Shown: positions 1 through 12,954 of the stretch, one piece after another
Numbering within the stretch: position 1 is the stretch's first letter
Layout: every line of letters starts with the position of its first letter
Assembly (NCBI GenBank): GCA_965603825.1
Contig: CBFDEM010000028.1
Span: forward strand, 186,001 to 250,000
DNA: 64,000 nucleotides
Direction of reading: 5' to 3'
From: Blepharisma stoltei ATCC 30299
Taxonomy: Eukaryota > Protista > Ciliophora
Made by a program: the position numbers and the translations under genes
Notes under the pieces: generated by a model
Databases searched by the model: none
Told to the model about the DNA's origin: nothing
What the model saw: only the letters and a program-made list of their open reading frames with translations

Positions 1-627
1 GAGCATCACAAGCATAGCTTCTTCAGTATCCTCCCTTGCTTTACTCTCATTTTCCATCACTTCTTGCATTTTACCGACACTTTCATTAATTTTTTCATTT
101 AATTCACCCTCTGTCTTCCCTAGCTCAATTTTGTCATTTTTCATCATTTCTTCAATTCCACTAATTTTTTCATCAAGAAAATTCTTTATGTTTTTTAATG
201 AATCTCCTCTTAATTGACTTTCCCTTGCTAAATCTGCTTGAACTGAATTTATCCTATCATCAAATATTTTTTGAAACTTTGTATCTGAGTCTCTTTTTTC
301 TTGATCAGATTCACTGAGCAGGCGTTTAAGGGCTAGTTCAAGATTAGTTAATTCATTGACTTTAGAATCAAAATAAGTTTCTCTGCTTTCTTTTAAGCGA
401 GATAAGGAATCTAAAATGGAATCTAGCTGAGCTTTGTGTGCGGAAAATTTTTTCGAATTTTGCTCTTCAGATTCCCAAAGATGATGCTCGAGATCTTTGC
501 ATTTTTGTTCAAGCTGATCAGCACGCGAGCCGTTGTCAGTTTCAAGACCAGTTTGAATTGCAGCAAGACGGCTTGATATTTGAAGAATTCGATCTTGATG
601 AAGGCTTGAGAAGCTACTAAAACTCAT
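1..627 (-). CDS. SF-assemblin/beta-giardin family striated-fibre protein (3' end runs off the window)
   Basis: Not in the ORF track. Manual translation from ATG 627 gives 209 stop-free codons (MSFSSFSSLHQDRILQISSRL...ESKAREDTEEAMLVML). It is a coiled coil with the SF-assemblin-type E..AREDTEE.ML motif. Confidence 0.7.
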   Translation of the reverse strand, partial: MSFSSFSSLHQDRILQISSRLAAIQTGLETDNGSRADQLEQKCKDLEHHLWESEEQNSKKFSAHKAQLDSILDSLSRLKESRETYFDSKVNELTNLELALKRLLSESDQEKRDSDTKFQKIFDDRINSVQADLARESQLRGDSLKNIKNFLDEKISGIEEMMKNDKIELGKTEGELNEKINESVGKMQEVMENESKAREDTEEAMLVML

Positions 628-847
628 ATAATTATAGGCCTGGGAAATATTTACATATTTAAATCATTGGGATAAGGTCTGCCTTTATAATAGCATACAT
701 GCTTAAGCTTTTAGACATGTCATTAAGAATATTAGTCCCAAATTTATAATGCATTAAAATATAACAATTGCTAATTCTTTATCTATTTTATATATTTTAT
801 TCCTACTTACATTATAATTATCAATTCAGAAAAATATTCCAATTATA

Positions 848-1429
848 TTAGTACCTAGGAACAAATCTTGCAAAATAGCTTTCTAAAAATTTCCCATGAT
901 CAAATTGGTCTGCTTTATCATTAAAAGTAACGATATACTTTTCATAGAGCTCATCTTCCAGATAATGAGCCAAATAAGCACTCATTATCACATCCGCCTC
1001 AGTTTTACTGATAAGTCTATCATTGATGTCCCCTCTAATCAATATTATTTCTTTGCTAATTGTAAGTTCGTCATAAAAAGAAAGCCCAAATGAAGCAGTA
1101 GCATTCTCATGTTGGGCTTCATAATCAGGGAGGTAATAAAATAAACCTAGTTTGTCTACATATCTGGCTGTAAGGAAGAAAATATTTCCTCTCCTTCTGA
1201 TTGGGAAGATAAATAATGGATGCTTTAGTGCTCTGATGGAGAAATGTGTGTAATAAAGATTAGCCAGGACCATTGAAGTACAGTTAGGACGGACTGCATG
1301 GTATTCATTTCAGATTGAAGCTACTGCCTTGGGATCTTGGTTTTGGAGGAGGTTTACCTTAGCGACTTCTTCGAGAGTTTTCGGAAAAGGAGAAATGAAT
1401 GCGAATAATCGCTTGACTATCATTTTCAT
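848..1429 (-). CDS. ATP11: ATP11/ATPAF1 mitochondrial F1-ATPase assembly chaperone (1 TGA=Trp)
   Basis: ORF 848-1273 extends through TGA 1310-1312 to ATG 1429: PKTLEEVAKVNLL..ASI[W]NEYH...HPLFIFPIRR...FYDEL..KEIILIRG..EA. This follows the ATP11 motif order. Confidence 0.8.
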
Positions 1430-1902
1430 AATAAATTTGATAGTAAAGTGAAATGGATTTGATGCTTATAATAAATAAACTATGCTACAAGCAATGATAT
1501 TTGATTAAAAGACAATGTAAATTTATTACTTTTTAAGCTTACTTTTATATTTTTGCATAAAGACTGCTTAGATTTTTGATGATTCTTTGAAATCAAAATA
1601 CAAAAAATCTTATGGGAATCTTAATTTATCCTCAAAAATAGGAGAAGGTTATGATTAAGACTTTATCAGATTAAATGATCATTAAAAAAGCATTGCTATT
1701 AATGTTTGCTATCTTAATCATATTCTTAAAGAAATTCTACCTTATTTAATAATATTGAAAATATTTTTCACCTAAATTTCTAATTTTTTTAAATATTTAA
1801 TAAAAATGCCACACATGAATAAAGCTATAAAATAATCTCTCACACACTTCTTTCTAATCTCTTCGTAATAGCTAAACCCCCAGACTAATTTATATTATAT
1901 AA

Positions 1903-4900
1903 ATGGCTGTAGTCTATCCTCCAGGTAGCAGTTTAACAAAATTGACGTCTAATCAAGATAATTCTCTCTCTAATCCCAGCTCTTCTGATGCAATTTGCCA
2001 AGTCTGCTATGGGAAAAATCCAAACAACTTAAAAAAGGTCGAATTTGCCATGCCAATCCACACTTGCAAAACATGCGATCTCACTGTTCACAAGGCTTGC
2101 TACGGGATATCCCCGTCTGCAGAAGCAATGTTTTTCTGTGACCGCTGCATCGAAGTTGGCCCACACGTGACCGTCAGCTGTGAAATCTGTCATCAAGTAA
2201 ATGGCGCTCTAAAGAAATCTGGTGAAAAGTGGGTTCACGTCACCTGTGCTCTTTTTTCGCGATTCACACACATTGTAGACTGACTTGAAATGAAGCCTGA
2301 TGCCATTCGCTCCTCAGACGCTGATCAGTTCTGTAATGAGTGCAATCAGATAGGCCATGACACTTTCAAATGTGACGAGTGCGAAAAAAGAAGCCATGCC
2401 CTGTGCATGCTTCAGAAAGGCACTTGGAATATGTCAGGACTATTACAGAAACGGACTGAGGTGTATTGTGAAGAACACGTAGAAGGCAATGAAGAGTACT
2501 GCTTCTGTGGAAAAGGGTATGTAGAAGGGGCTCAGTACATGATTTGCTGCGATAATTGCGATACTTGGTACCATGGAGACTGCATTGGGATTACTGCACA
2601 GGTAGGGGACACTATTGAGCAATTTGTGTGCAAGTTTTGTGAGCAGTGAAATAGCACAGCCAAAAAGCTGCTGAAAGAAGATGCGACTGATAAAAAGTCA
2701 AATGCGAAGGTGTCTAAGCAGTTTGTGAACTTTAAGCTGAAGGATTGGCTGCTGCTGGCGAGAATTGTGTTTAAAAGGGCTAATAAAGCTTTGGAAGAGA
2801 GATCAAAAATTGAGGATATGGAAGAAGTCATGGAATTTGCCGCGAAATTGCCGTTTGAGGTGGCGATTTTGAGCAACTTGAATGCGAAGCTCCACAATGC
2901 GAAGATTCTGATTGGAAGGGCTAATAGTCTTTTAGACAAAATTCATGAATATTTAGAAGAGAATGAAATCAAGGACATCCAAGAAGTAATTACTGAAGCC
3001 AGAACGATTGGAGTTCATATACCTCATGTTACTAAAGAAATGCCTTTTTTGATGAAAAATGAAATTAAAGCAATAGAGGATGAGTTGAAATTGGCAGAAG
3101 ACTGGGATGCTAAATTTTTAAATATTATGAAGCCTATACCGCCTGCTGATTTACAAGTTCACTTACATGAAGCAGATGGGCTTAGTATTAAAACTCCTGC
3201 TATGAAAACTGCTCTTGAAAAATGGAAAGATTATTCCCGATGGTTCAGCCAATCTCAATCTTTTTTAAATCCAGCTGAAAAAAATGCATTACCAACAATA
3301 GAGCAGATAAATGAGCATATATGCAATGGAGATCTACATATTAGCTCATACGTTGATATCGCAGATGTCAAACAATCGCTGCATGCAAAAATTTCTCAGG
3401 CAGAAAATTGGCACTCACAAGCAGCGGCAGCTGTTTCCACAAAAATCTCACAGCAATTGATAAATCAACTAATAAATGATGCACAATCTTTAATCTGCAA
3501 ATTCCCTGAGCTAGATTTACTTGAAAAACGAGCCCACATCAACCAAAAAATCAATGAAACTCTCAATAAAAAGCATAGAGAAGAAGACCTTGAAATTCTT
3601 TTAAAAGATGCCTACGAATTTGACACAGATGACGAATTAATCCAATTAGTGACATTTAAAATCCAGAGCATAAAAGAGATAAAAGAAAGAGTTCATGAAG
3701 CTTTACAAGGAGAAAACAATTCTTCAGACTTGTATTTGAAGCTATTAGAAGAGCTAAAAAATGAAAAAACTGAGCTTTTAGAAGAAAAACAACAAATTGA
3801 GGATAAAATAAAATCTCTGCAATGAATTGAACAAGTTAATGAGATTTTTGATGAGCTTGATAAATCTGCTGAGGATGTTCCAGCTAAAAAGAAAAAAGGA
3901 AACGAAATTGATACTTTGAAAAGTTTGATAGGAAAGGCTGAAAAAATTATATATAAAGATGCAAAAACTGATGGGTATTTAGAAGAGCTAGCTTTTAGGC
4001 TATGGGAATTGGAATTTAAAAGATTTGATATGTGTGATGAAATTTCGCTAGAGCAGCTTCAAGATCTTAAAATCAGAGCTTCTTATTTGAAAACACGCCA
4101 GCCTGAGTCCTTAATACAATTCCAGTCAATTTCTAAAGAAGTTGATGAAAGTGTTGCATTTTTTGAAAATTTAGCACAAACTGATATATCAGAAATTTTC
4201 AGTGGAAATGTTATAGAATTGAAGCAAAACCTTGAATTTTATAAAAATAAGCTTGAAAATCAAGGAATTATCTTCCCTGAAAAATATAACAAATTTTTAG
4301 CCTGGGATAAGTGAATTAACTGAAGTCTAGCCGCAGAATCTTTATTTTTCTCTTCAGAAAAGCCATCAATAGACAAACTCTATGATTTAAATCTAGAAGT
4401 AATTCCACTAGGCATTTCCAATGAAATACCATCTGTCAAAAAGCTCACTGAAGAAATCGCAAACTACGAAAATTGGCTGTATCGCTACACTTCTTACTCA
4501 TCAACTCGTCGCGCTTTTTCTAAACCAGGTCTAGAAGTTAAAAATTACTTAAAATTAATAAGTGAAAAGCCTAAACTAACCAATCTCCAGCTTCAAGACC
4601 TGCTTCAAAGCGCAAGATCTCTTCGAACTTGTTGCGATCAAGAAATCCTTATAATGGAACAAGATCTAAAAAGGCTTGAATTGTGGACGAGCAAAGAGCT
4701 AATATTCGCTGGAAGACCATATGAAGAGCTATTAATCGACTGCAAAAAAAGTTATGATGAATTCATAGAAAGCGAAGGCTGCAAAGAATTTTATGCTACC
4801 ATAAAAGAATATTTTTTCGAAAATTTTATTGAGCACGAAAATTTTGGAATAAAATTAAGCAGCTTAGAATGGAATTTTAGAGCCCAAGGAATATTGCAGC

Positions 4901-7900
4901 AGAAAGGCAGAATATTAGAAGAAGTTTGGGAAGAAGTTTATGGAGTCATAGAACAACTAGATAAAAAGATTTTAGACGAGTCGACTTTAGAAAAAATAAA
5001 AAGGCTTCAACAAATAAAGCAGCAAATAGAAGAAGAGGTCAGAAAAATTAAAAATTTCGTCCCACAAGGCGAAATAAAAGCACTTACTTTTGAAGAACTG
5101 GATATTTTATATGATAAAATATCGACAAGCAAAATTATACTCAAGGATGAAAATTTTGTTAAGAATTTGCTAGAAAAAACCAGGAATTTTTCACAAAGAT
5201 TCAATGATATGATTACTAATAAAGCTTCTATTGAGGAGTTTAAGGCATTTCAAGATGACATAGAAAAACACCCTATTTCAATATCAGAGTTTTCAAGCAA
5301 GCTTAAAGACATTTTGAACAAAGCGAATAATATCACCCTTCGTATGAGAATTCTTAAAGAAAACGCTGGAAAAAATAAGATGGACAAAGCCAAAGTAGAG
5401 CAGTTTTTGCTTGAATACAACAATACTGAGGTAAAGCTAGAAGATGCTGATATATTAATTGAAGAATTAGAAAGGGGAAACCAAATTCTCGCAGAAGGTT
5501 TTGAGATTGTTGAAAAACCAGATGCGACTATGGAGGAGCTCAATTCAATAAGCGGAAGATTAAATAATCTTCATATCCATATGGGACAAGAAGAAAAAAA
5601 TCTGAAAATAAAAATATGGAAACTTAGGGTCACTCTCTCCCAAGGAATCAAAGTTAGCTTCCCTATACTTCAAGGCTGGCTAAATGAAGGCTTACAAATG
5701 AAAGACCCAAGCTTAGCTGACAGTATCGAAAAACTTGAAGGGCTTGTTGCGAAAGGAGAAATCTACAAAGAAAGACTTGCAGCTTGCAGCAGTTTAGAAG
5801 AAATCCAAGAAATTGAAAAAGAAGCTGAATCTTTACCGTTTGATTTAGCCCATTCTTTTATTGAGCATAAAACCCGCATCAATCTTGGTGGTGGAAAAAA
5901 AGAGTCTAAATCATCAGAAACAGTTCCTTCTAAGCACTCAGCTCAAACTGATGATCCAGTTCCTTATAATGACCCAGCCCGTATGTCACAAATCACAGCT
6001 ATTGAAAAAACGATCATTCATGATATTAATTATGATTGGCATAAACATATGGGGAAAGCTAAAAGATATGCTGTAAGGTTAGAAGATATTATTTTTAAAA
6101 ATCATCATGGGAGTAAATATAGAAAAACTATTGATAGAATGATAAGGATTATCAAAAGATATCAAGAGTTTGAAGGATTTTCTAAGAAATTGAGCAAGGG
6201 AGATATCACAGCTGATGAACTCTCAGTGTTGAACCCTAAAGAAGCTAAAGAAGTTAAAGTAATCAAAAGATTGTTTGATGGAGAGCCAAAGATATGCCTA
6301 ACTATTAATAAAAGTAAACTAACAGAAAGTGATAACCCGGAGTCAGGCCAGCCAGTTAAAAAACCAAAACTCACACCTAAGCAAGAAGTCCCACAAGTTT
6401 CACCTCAACCAGCTCAAATTCCAAAAATATCTCCAAAGCCTGTCTCTAAGGAACCGCCAAAGCCGATTGCTACTCCAGCTCCATTAATAAAAACAACACC
6501 TAAGCCTCCACCTCCAAAACCTACACCAAAGCCTGTGAGCGATTTCAAAGTTACAAATCTTATAAGTGAAATAGAAGCTAATAAGAAAAATCAGTCAAAA
6601 AGCTTGATTGTAAAGAATGAAATCAGCCAGCCACAGTTAGCAAGCGAAAAATACAGAGCTCCTCAGCATTTATCTGATTCTTCAGCTGTATCTAGATCGA
6701 CTGCTGCTGATGAAGAATGAAGGGAACTTAGCAAATTTAGACTTGAACATAGTGGATTTACTACAACATCTGGAGACAAGCAAATTCCTCAAAAACGTGC
6801 CCCTGAGGCTATTGATCAGCTTCCACCCAAAAGATCAAAATATGAAAGAAACCAAGAAGGAAGATTTAGCAGCGAAGAAGAAGAGGAAGAAGAAGATAAA
6901 GAGCCATCCAAAAAGGAATTAGAAACGAATAAAGAAAAATCAGAAGAATACAGCGTATTAGAGCTTGCCAAAAAAAATGATTATGCTAAGAAGCATAAGA
7001 AAAAAGGTAAATTATACGACCCATTTTCAGTACCTGCTCCTAAAAATAAAGCCCCAGTCGGAAGTTTATTAAAAGTGTGGTCTGGCAAGCTTGAATACGG
7101 AAAACACTTCATTAATGTAGTGATGCACTCTGTCGATAACATTGAATCGTTCCAAAAAATGCCTCAGCTCGGCAGCAAAATTTCAGTTCAAGGAAGAACT
7201 AAACAAGATGAGCTAGAAGTTTATATATCACAAAATGCATCTGGATCAGTCAGCAAACTAATAGCAACAGCATGAATAGAACCAACTGAAAGCAACGAAA
7301 GAGACTTCAGTGACCTTGCTCGCGATTTAACTGGCAAAGGTAGATCAGCCGTCATACGAATTGATAACTCCCTCACTATTTATTTAACCTCCTTAAATGA
7401 AAGTTTCCAATCCTTTTTATCCTCAGTGCGTATCAACATCAATAGAAAAATTGATGAAACTGTAGTCCCACACATATCCACCAAAGAAAAGCTCGGCTGT
7501 ATTTTATTCTTCAAAAAAACTGCTATGAGCTCTTCCTCATATATAAATCCTGATGTCATTGTAAAAATTGAGCCAGCATCAATGCCAGAAATTGATGATT
7601 TGCCTGAAAAAGAGCAAGAAATGTCACCTATAACTGACGAAGAAGAAAATCCTAATTCTTCTAATGACCAGCTTCCTAAAGCTTTACAAGACATTTTGTT
7701 AGAACTAAAAAAAAATCCTGGGGACCAGTCACAAATTTTAAATAATCTACAACAAGCGATTTCTACAATGAATCCACAAGAGTTAGCACCAAATAATTCA
7801 GAAATTAATGATTTGATTTCAGCGATTAAAGAACAGGTCAAGCAAGAGTCGCAGCAAAAACAGCAGCCTGCAGTGCAAAATGTTAACCAATTTTTGTCAC

Positions 7901-8103
7901 AGAATTTCCAATTGCCTCCACAAAGACAGCAGCCTGGGTATATGTATATGCCACAGCAGAATTATATGTATCCTCCACAGCCTATATATCCTCCTGGACA
8001 ATATTACCAAGGACAGCCTCCACCTCAACCTCCTGCGCAATATTATAGACCTCCTTCTCCTGAGAGAAAACATGATGATCCAAGAAGACAAAACAGGTAT
8101 TAA
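1903..8103 (+). CDS. ~2066-aa chromatin/transcription protein: PZP (PHD-Zn knuckle-PHD) + PHD + PLU-1-like helical repeats + TFIIS-M + SPOC (DIDO/PHF3/Bye1-like); 7 TGA=Trp
   Basis: The ORFs at 1903, 2290, 2710, 3916, 4654, 7075 and 7426 share one frame and are separated only by TGA (2281, 2647, 3823, 4312, 4321, 6718, 7273). The frame ends at TAA 8101-8103. Motifs: CKTCDLTVHKACYGI..WVHVTCAL; YCFC..MICCDNCDTWYHGDCIGI; AVRLEDIIF..Y..GDITADEL; VWSGKL..VQGR..KGRSAV..IYL. Confidence 0.8.
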
Positions 8104-8667
8104 ATAAAATAACAATATAAGACCATAATTTTAATTTTATAGTAAAATATAAAAATAATGCATTTTTCTTAATTATGAAGTTTGATTTTTTATTATGCTC
8201 GTTAAAACATTTTAAATTGCATTACTGACTTATTGAACTTTAATTCCTTATCATAGAGGTATTAATTAATAATTCAAAGTCTTCTTAAAATTATACCCTA
8301 ATTATAGAGGAATTAAAAAATTATTCTGAAAATGGATAAAAGCTTTAGGCAGAGGTATTGAGAATTGCTGGGACAAAAAGTCTCTCTAAAATGTAATAAA
8401 GATTCTTATTCAGTTTAAAATAGTAACTAGATTATAACTTCAAATTCCATTTTACCCTATAGCTATATAATATGAACTCTCAAAATATTTCTCATACCTT
8501 TATGATTGGACAAAATTACTTGCCCGATTTTTTAAAAAATTGATAAATGAGTCTCTCACATCTCTATTGTTTGAACGCATACCTAAAGTTTAATCAAACC
8601 CATTTCTTCAGATTTAATTTGATAATTTTATAGTTTTTTATAAAAATATCCTAAATTATTCTTCAAG

Positions 8668-9075
8668 ATGAAAACTTCACGGTCCTCATCAAAGCCAAGT
8701 CCATTAACTACAATCCCTGACTTCCTTCAAAAGTTGTCTCAAGCCCGTCTTAGTCTATCAACAATTAAAGTTCCTCAAGAGCATACTTTTCGTGACAACC
8801 AGAACAAAAGCACTTCCCATCAATATTTAAAAAAACACGAATCAAAGCTCCCTTATATCAGCATTCATAGAAATCCTATGAGCTTATTTACAGAGCGTGA
8901 ACTAAGAAACGATATAAGAAAAAGACCTAAAAAGTTTACACATACAAAAGCGCACCATTGAGCTGTTAATAAATACATCACCTATGGTATTCCAGACTGA
9001 GATAAAGAGTATAAGTATTTAAAAGATGCTGAAAAAAGGTTTATATTTCGAGATCCGCATAAAAGCATTTTATAA
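8668..9075 (+). CDS. Hypothetical basic protein, 135 aa (2 TGA=Trp)
   Basis: ORF 8668-8961 continues through TGA 8959 and TGA 8998 to TAA 9073-9075. Confidence 0.55.
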
Positions 9076-9310
9076 TTAATTGATAACTATTAGGAGTTTC
9101 CTCAGCTGATGATTTAAAATATAAGCTGAGCCACTTATTGATTTTAATAATCAGTTCAATTTATTCATTATTTTAAGTAATTATTTACAAATAATTTAGC
9201 ATCTATTTATATCTTAAATTCTTTTCTAAAAAACTATAAAAAAGCATTTCCTTTTAAAGATTTTTTTTAATTTATCATAAAAATGTTGCACAAATAAAGC
9301 AAGTTGTTTA

Positions 9311-12300
9311 TTATTTAATTGCGTCTCTTATATTTTTGAATAGCGAGTTTGTCAATAATAAGTTTTGAGGAGAGTCAATTTCTTGCACTTTTCCATCATT
9401 CATTACAATAATCAAGTTATTGTTCATAATTGTCCCAATTCTATGTGCAATCGTCAGAATTGTGCATCCAACGAATTTATTTTTGATTAAATCTTGAATT
9501 TTTGCATCAGACTCATTATCAATCCCTGCTGTTGCTTCATCAAATAAAATAATTTTGTTATGGCTCAGCATAGCTCTTCCCAAGCTTATTAATTGTCTTT
9601 CTCCAGATGACAAGTTTGTACCATCTTGTTTTACTTCAAAATCAATAGGAAATCGAGATAGCCCTACTTCTTCTAATGCCCTATAAATTTCTATTTCACT
9701 TTTTGCACCTGTAGGGTCTAAGTTACTTTGAAGAGTCCCAGAAAACACAAGCGGATCTTGAGGAACTAGGGTTAGTGCTGATCGTAATTTTTTTAGGCCA
9801 ATTTGAGCAATATTGACCCCATCTATTAATATTGAGCCAGAAGTCAGCTCAACAAGTCTTAGAAGACATAAAAATATAGAGGATTTGCCACTTCCAGTTC
9901 TTCCAACTAAGCCAATTCTATGTCCTGCATCTATGCAAAATGAAGTTTTTTTGAGAACTATAGGTGTGTTTTGGCGGTATTTCATTTGGACATCTCGAAA
10001 TTCTATTGTCGGTCTTACCGGCCACTCTTTGATTTTTTCATCTATTGGCTTTATATAGGCATTCTCTTTGGGCAGATTCATATATTCTGTAGCTCTTTCT
10101 ACAGAAATTGAGTTATTTTCAGTGTCTGCTAAGACTTGAACTAAATAAGTCACCCCGCCTGGGAGAGAAAGAGCATATGTTAATACCAATCCTACAATTC
10201 CAGGTGAAATATTGGTTCTGAAAATAATTATAAGTAAAGTTACTGTGCAAGTTATAAATGCGCTTAGAAATCCTAAATTAGTCTGTAGCCAACACCTGCA
10301 AGCTCCAAGCGAATATTGAACTCTTGTGCTGTTATCTAACAATTGGTAATTCTTTTGCTGAAAATTTTGTTTTCTGTTAAAAGTTCTTATGATTTTAACA
10401 CCTGAACTAGTTTCTTTGAAATGATTTAGCACAGGAGATATAGAAGTTGCCTCAAGCCTGACTAAATCAGTCGCAACATTTAAAAACTTGTTTTTTATTT
10501 GGTTCGCAAAATAAAGCAAAGGAGGTATAATTAAAATAGTCATGGGAAAATAAATGAGAGTCAGTATAACTTTTGATAATTGTAAACATGTTTCTGTAGC
10601 AACAGTACAAATAAGTCGGGAAATACTTTCATCAATTGTATTTAAATCTTTACTAATCCTATTGAGGATTCTTCCTAGAGGGGTTACATCATAAAAAAGA
10701 TTAACTGGCGCTCTTGAAAAAGAATTGATTATCGCTTTGTGTATATTCTTAGAAGCTCTTATGCCTTGTATTACTAGCAAAAAGAGAGTTCTAATGTAAA
10801 TAAATAAGCTACCACCAAATCTCAGCCCTAGAAATAAAAATAGATAAGTATGGTCAATATCATCAGGATGCATTGCTCATTCTTTTAGCATAACATCTCC
10901 TAAAACCCTTGTGGATGCTCACAGCACAATGCACACACTTGCCAAACCTAGCATAGAATATCCACCTGAATATTTTAAATAGTCATTATAAACCGCTAAA
11001 TTCACTCTTCCCATTTCTCTTTCTTCTTCTGCTACCAATTTATTTTGAGCATTAGCAATATCTTCTAATTTCGATTCATAATTCTGTGCAACATAATCAG
11101 TTATTATCAACTTCTCTGGGGTAGTTATTTCTTTGATTGTTCCATTCTCCAGTATAACTACACGATCAACTTTATTAAGAATATCTAAACGATGGGTTGC
11201 TAAAACTTTGGTTTTCTTCGAGAGTATTCCTAATAAGCATTCATCTATGATATGACTAGCTACATCTGTATCTACAGAACTTAAAGGGTCATCTAATAAA
11301 TAAACATCTTTATCAGCATAAACAGCCCTGGCAAGGCAAATCCTAGCTTTTTGCCCACCACTGAGATTTATACCTTTTCCACCAATTTCAGTTAGATCTT
11401 TATCTGGAAGAGAATTTATATCTTGGACTAAGGCGCAAGCTTCAATTACAATTTTATACCATTCTTCTTTATAAGGCAGCCCAAATAAAATATTATTTCT
11501 AATTGACTCGTTCTGAAGCCAAGAATCTAATGAAGACACAAATGCGAGGCTTTTAAAAGTTGTAGCAGAACCAGATGAGAGCGACATTTCATTCATTAAG
11601 CTATTTAGAAGTGCAGATTTCCCGCATCCTACAGGTCCAGTTATTGCAATAAATTCTTTTTTATTTATTTGCAAGCTAATATTTTTCAAAATTTTTGTAT
11701 CACCAATTGAAAACGAACAGTTGTTTAGAGTTGCTGAATCTGAGTAAGCCAATTCTTTTATATCAGGCTCGTCAAGGAAAGTTTGCATTCTTTTGATACT
11801 TACAAAGCAGATAAGTAAATCTGAAACGAAATATGGAAGCCATTGAAGGGAATCTTGAAGTATGTTAAGGGTTATTAAAGTTACGAAAGCTTCTCCTGCA
11901 GTTATGGTTTTTCCCATAATAAAAGTGTAATAAAGAAAGACAGAGCCAGATGTCAAACTTGGTATAGAAAAATAAAAGAAATCAACTGTAGATGATAGTA
12001 TATTTAAAAACCTCAAAAACGAGAGCTCGCTATTTCTAATTTTCTTTATTGCTCCTTTGAAATAATTTTCTCAGCAATACGCCTTAATCATTTTGATATT
12101 ACTTAGCATCTGTGTAGATGCCTCTATTCTTTTATCTCTTATTGTCATCAAATTTTCAGAATATTTTTTTATTTTCAAAGCTACTATATAGTTCAACGAA
12201 ATACACAAAAATAAAGTGACAATGGCTGCATAGACAGCATCCCCAACTTGATTTGAAACCAGAATTATTGCATAAGTAGCATTTAATGGGCACAGTAGTA

Positions 12301-12916
12301 TTATGCTGATTTTTGGGATACAATCATAAATTTTCCTAATATCAACCTGCAGAAGATTTATTCCAAGCCCTTCAGATATTGATGACACTTTAAGAATTTT
12401 GTTATAAACTACGCTGGATATTGCATTTTTAACTCTTAATTCTAATAATTTGCAGTGCCAATGAAATTGTCCAATTAAAATTTGTGTTAAAAGGACAATT
12501 GTAGTAAAACAAAGCGACAATAAGACCCCATATAAAAGAGATTCTGCCCCTGATTCTATATATGATATAAAAAGTTTGATAAAAATAGGATATCCGAACT
12601 CAAACGACGTAATTGACAGATAAAGCAAAATTGTCTTAAATATTAGTCCTTTATGTGCAATAAAAATTGCCTTAGAAAGCTTGTATTTTTCTAAGGTTTT
12701 CGTCAGATTTTCTTTGATTGCAGATTCTTCATCTGGAAGTGGCAAAGTATCTTCAATATTTATGACAGATTTTGACCCTAAAGCAAGAATAGGCTTTATT
12801 CATAAAAAAAAGATCTTTGATATGACACTCTTTTCATTTGTTGATAAAGAAAAATACGGCAGACTTGAAGACGAACTATTTTCACTTTTTGTGCTGAGAT
12901 CCTGAAGTTCCATCAT
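9311..12916 (-). CDS. ABCC/MRP-family ABC transporter, short form without TMD0, ~1201 aa (4 TGA=Trp)
   Basis: Three ORFs join in frame through TGA 12800, 12071, 10919 and 10877. Motifs: lasso KIFFL[W]IKPIL; IKAYC[W]E; NBD1 GPVGCGKS/LSGGQ/YLLDD; NBD2 GRTGSGKS/LSSGE/ILFDE; TPLGRILNRISKD. Confidence 0.93.
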
Positions 12917-12954
12917 TTATTAAAATAAATAAAATATCTAAATGAATCTGTTAG

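Noticed and set aside
9311-12916. ABCC transporter as a pigment or toxin exporter in a biosynthetic cluster
   Set aside because: There are no neighbouring PKS or tailoring genes, and the substrate cannot be inferred from sequence.
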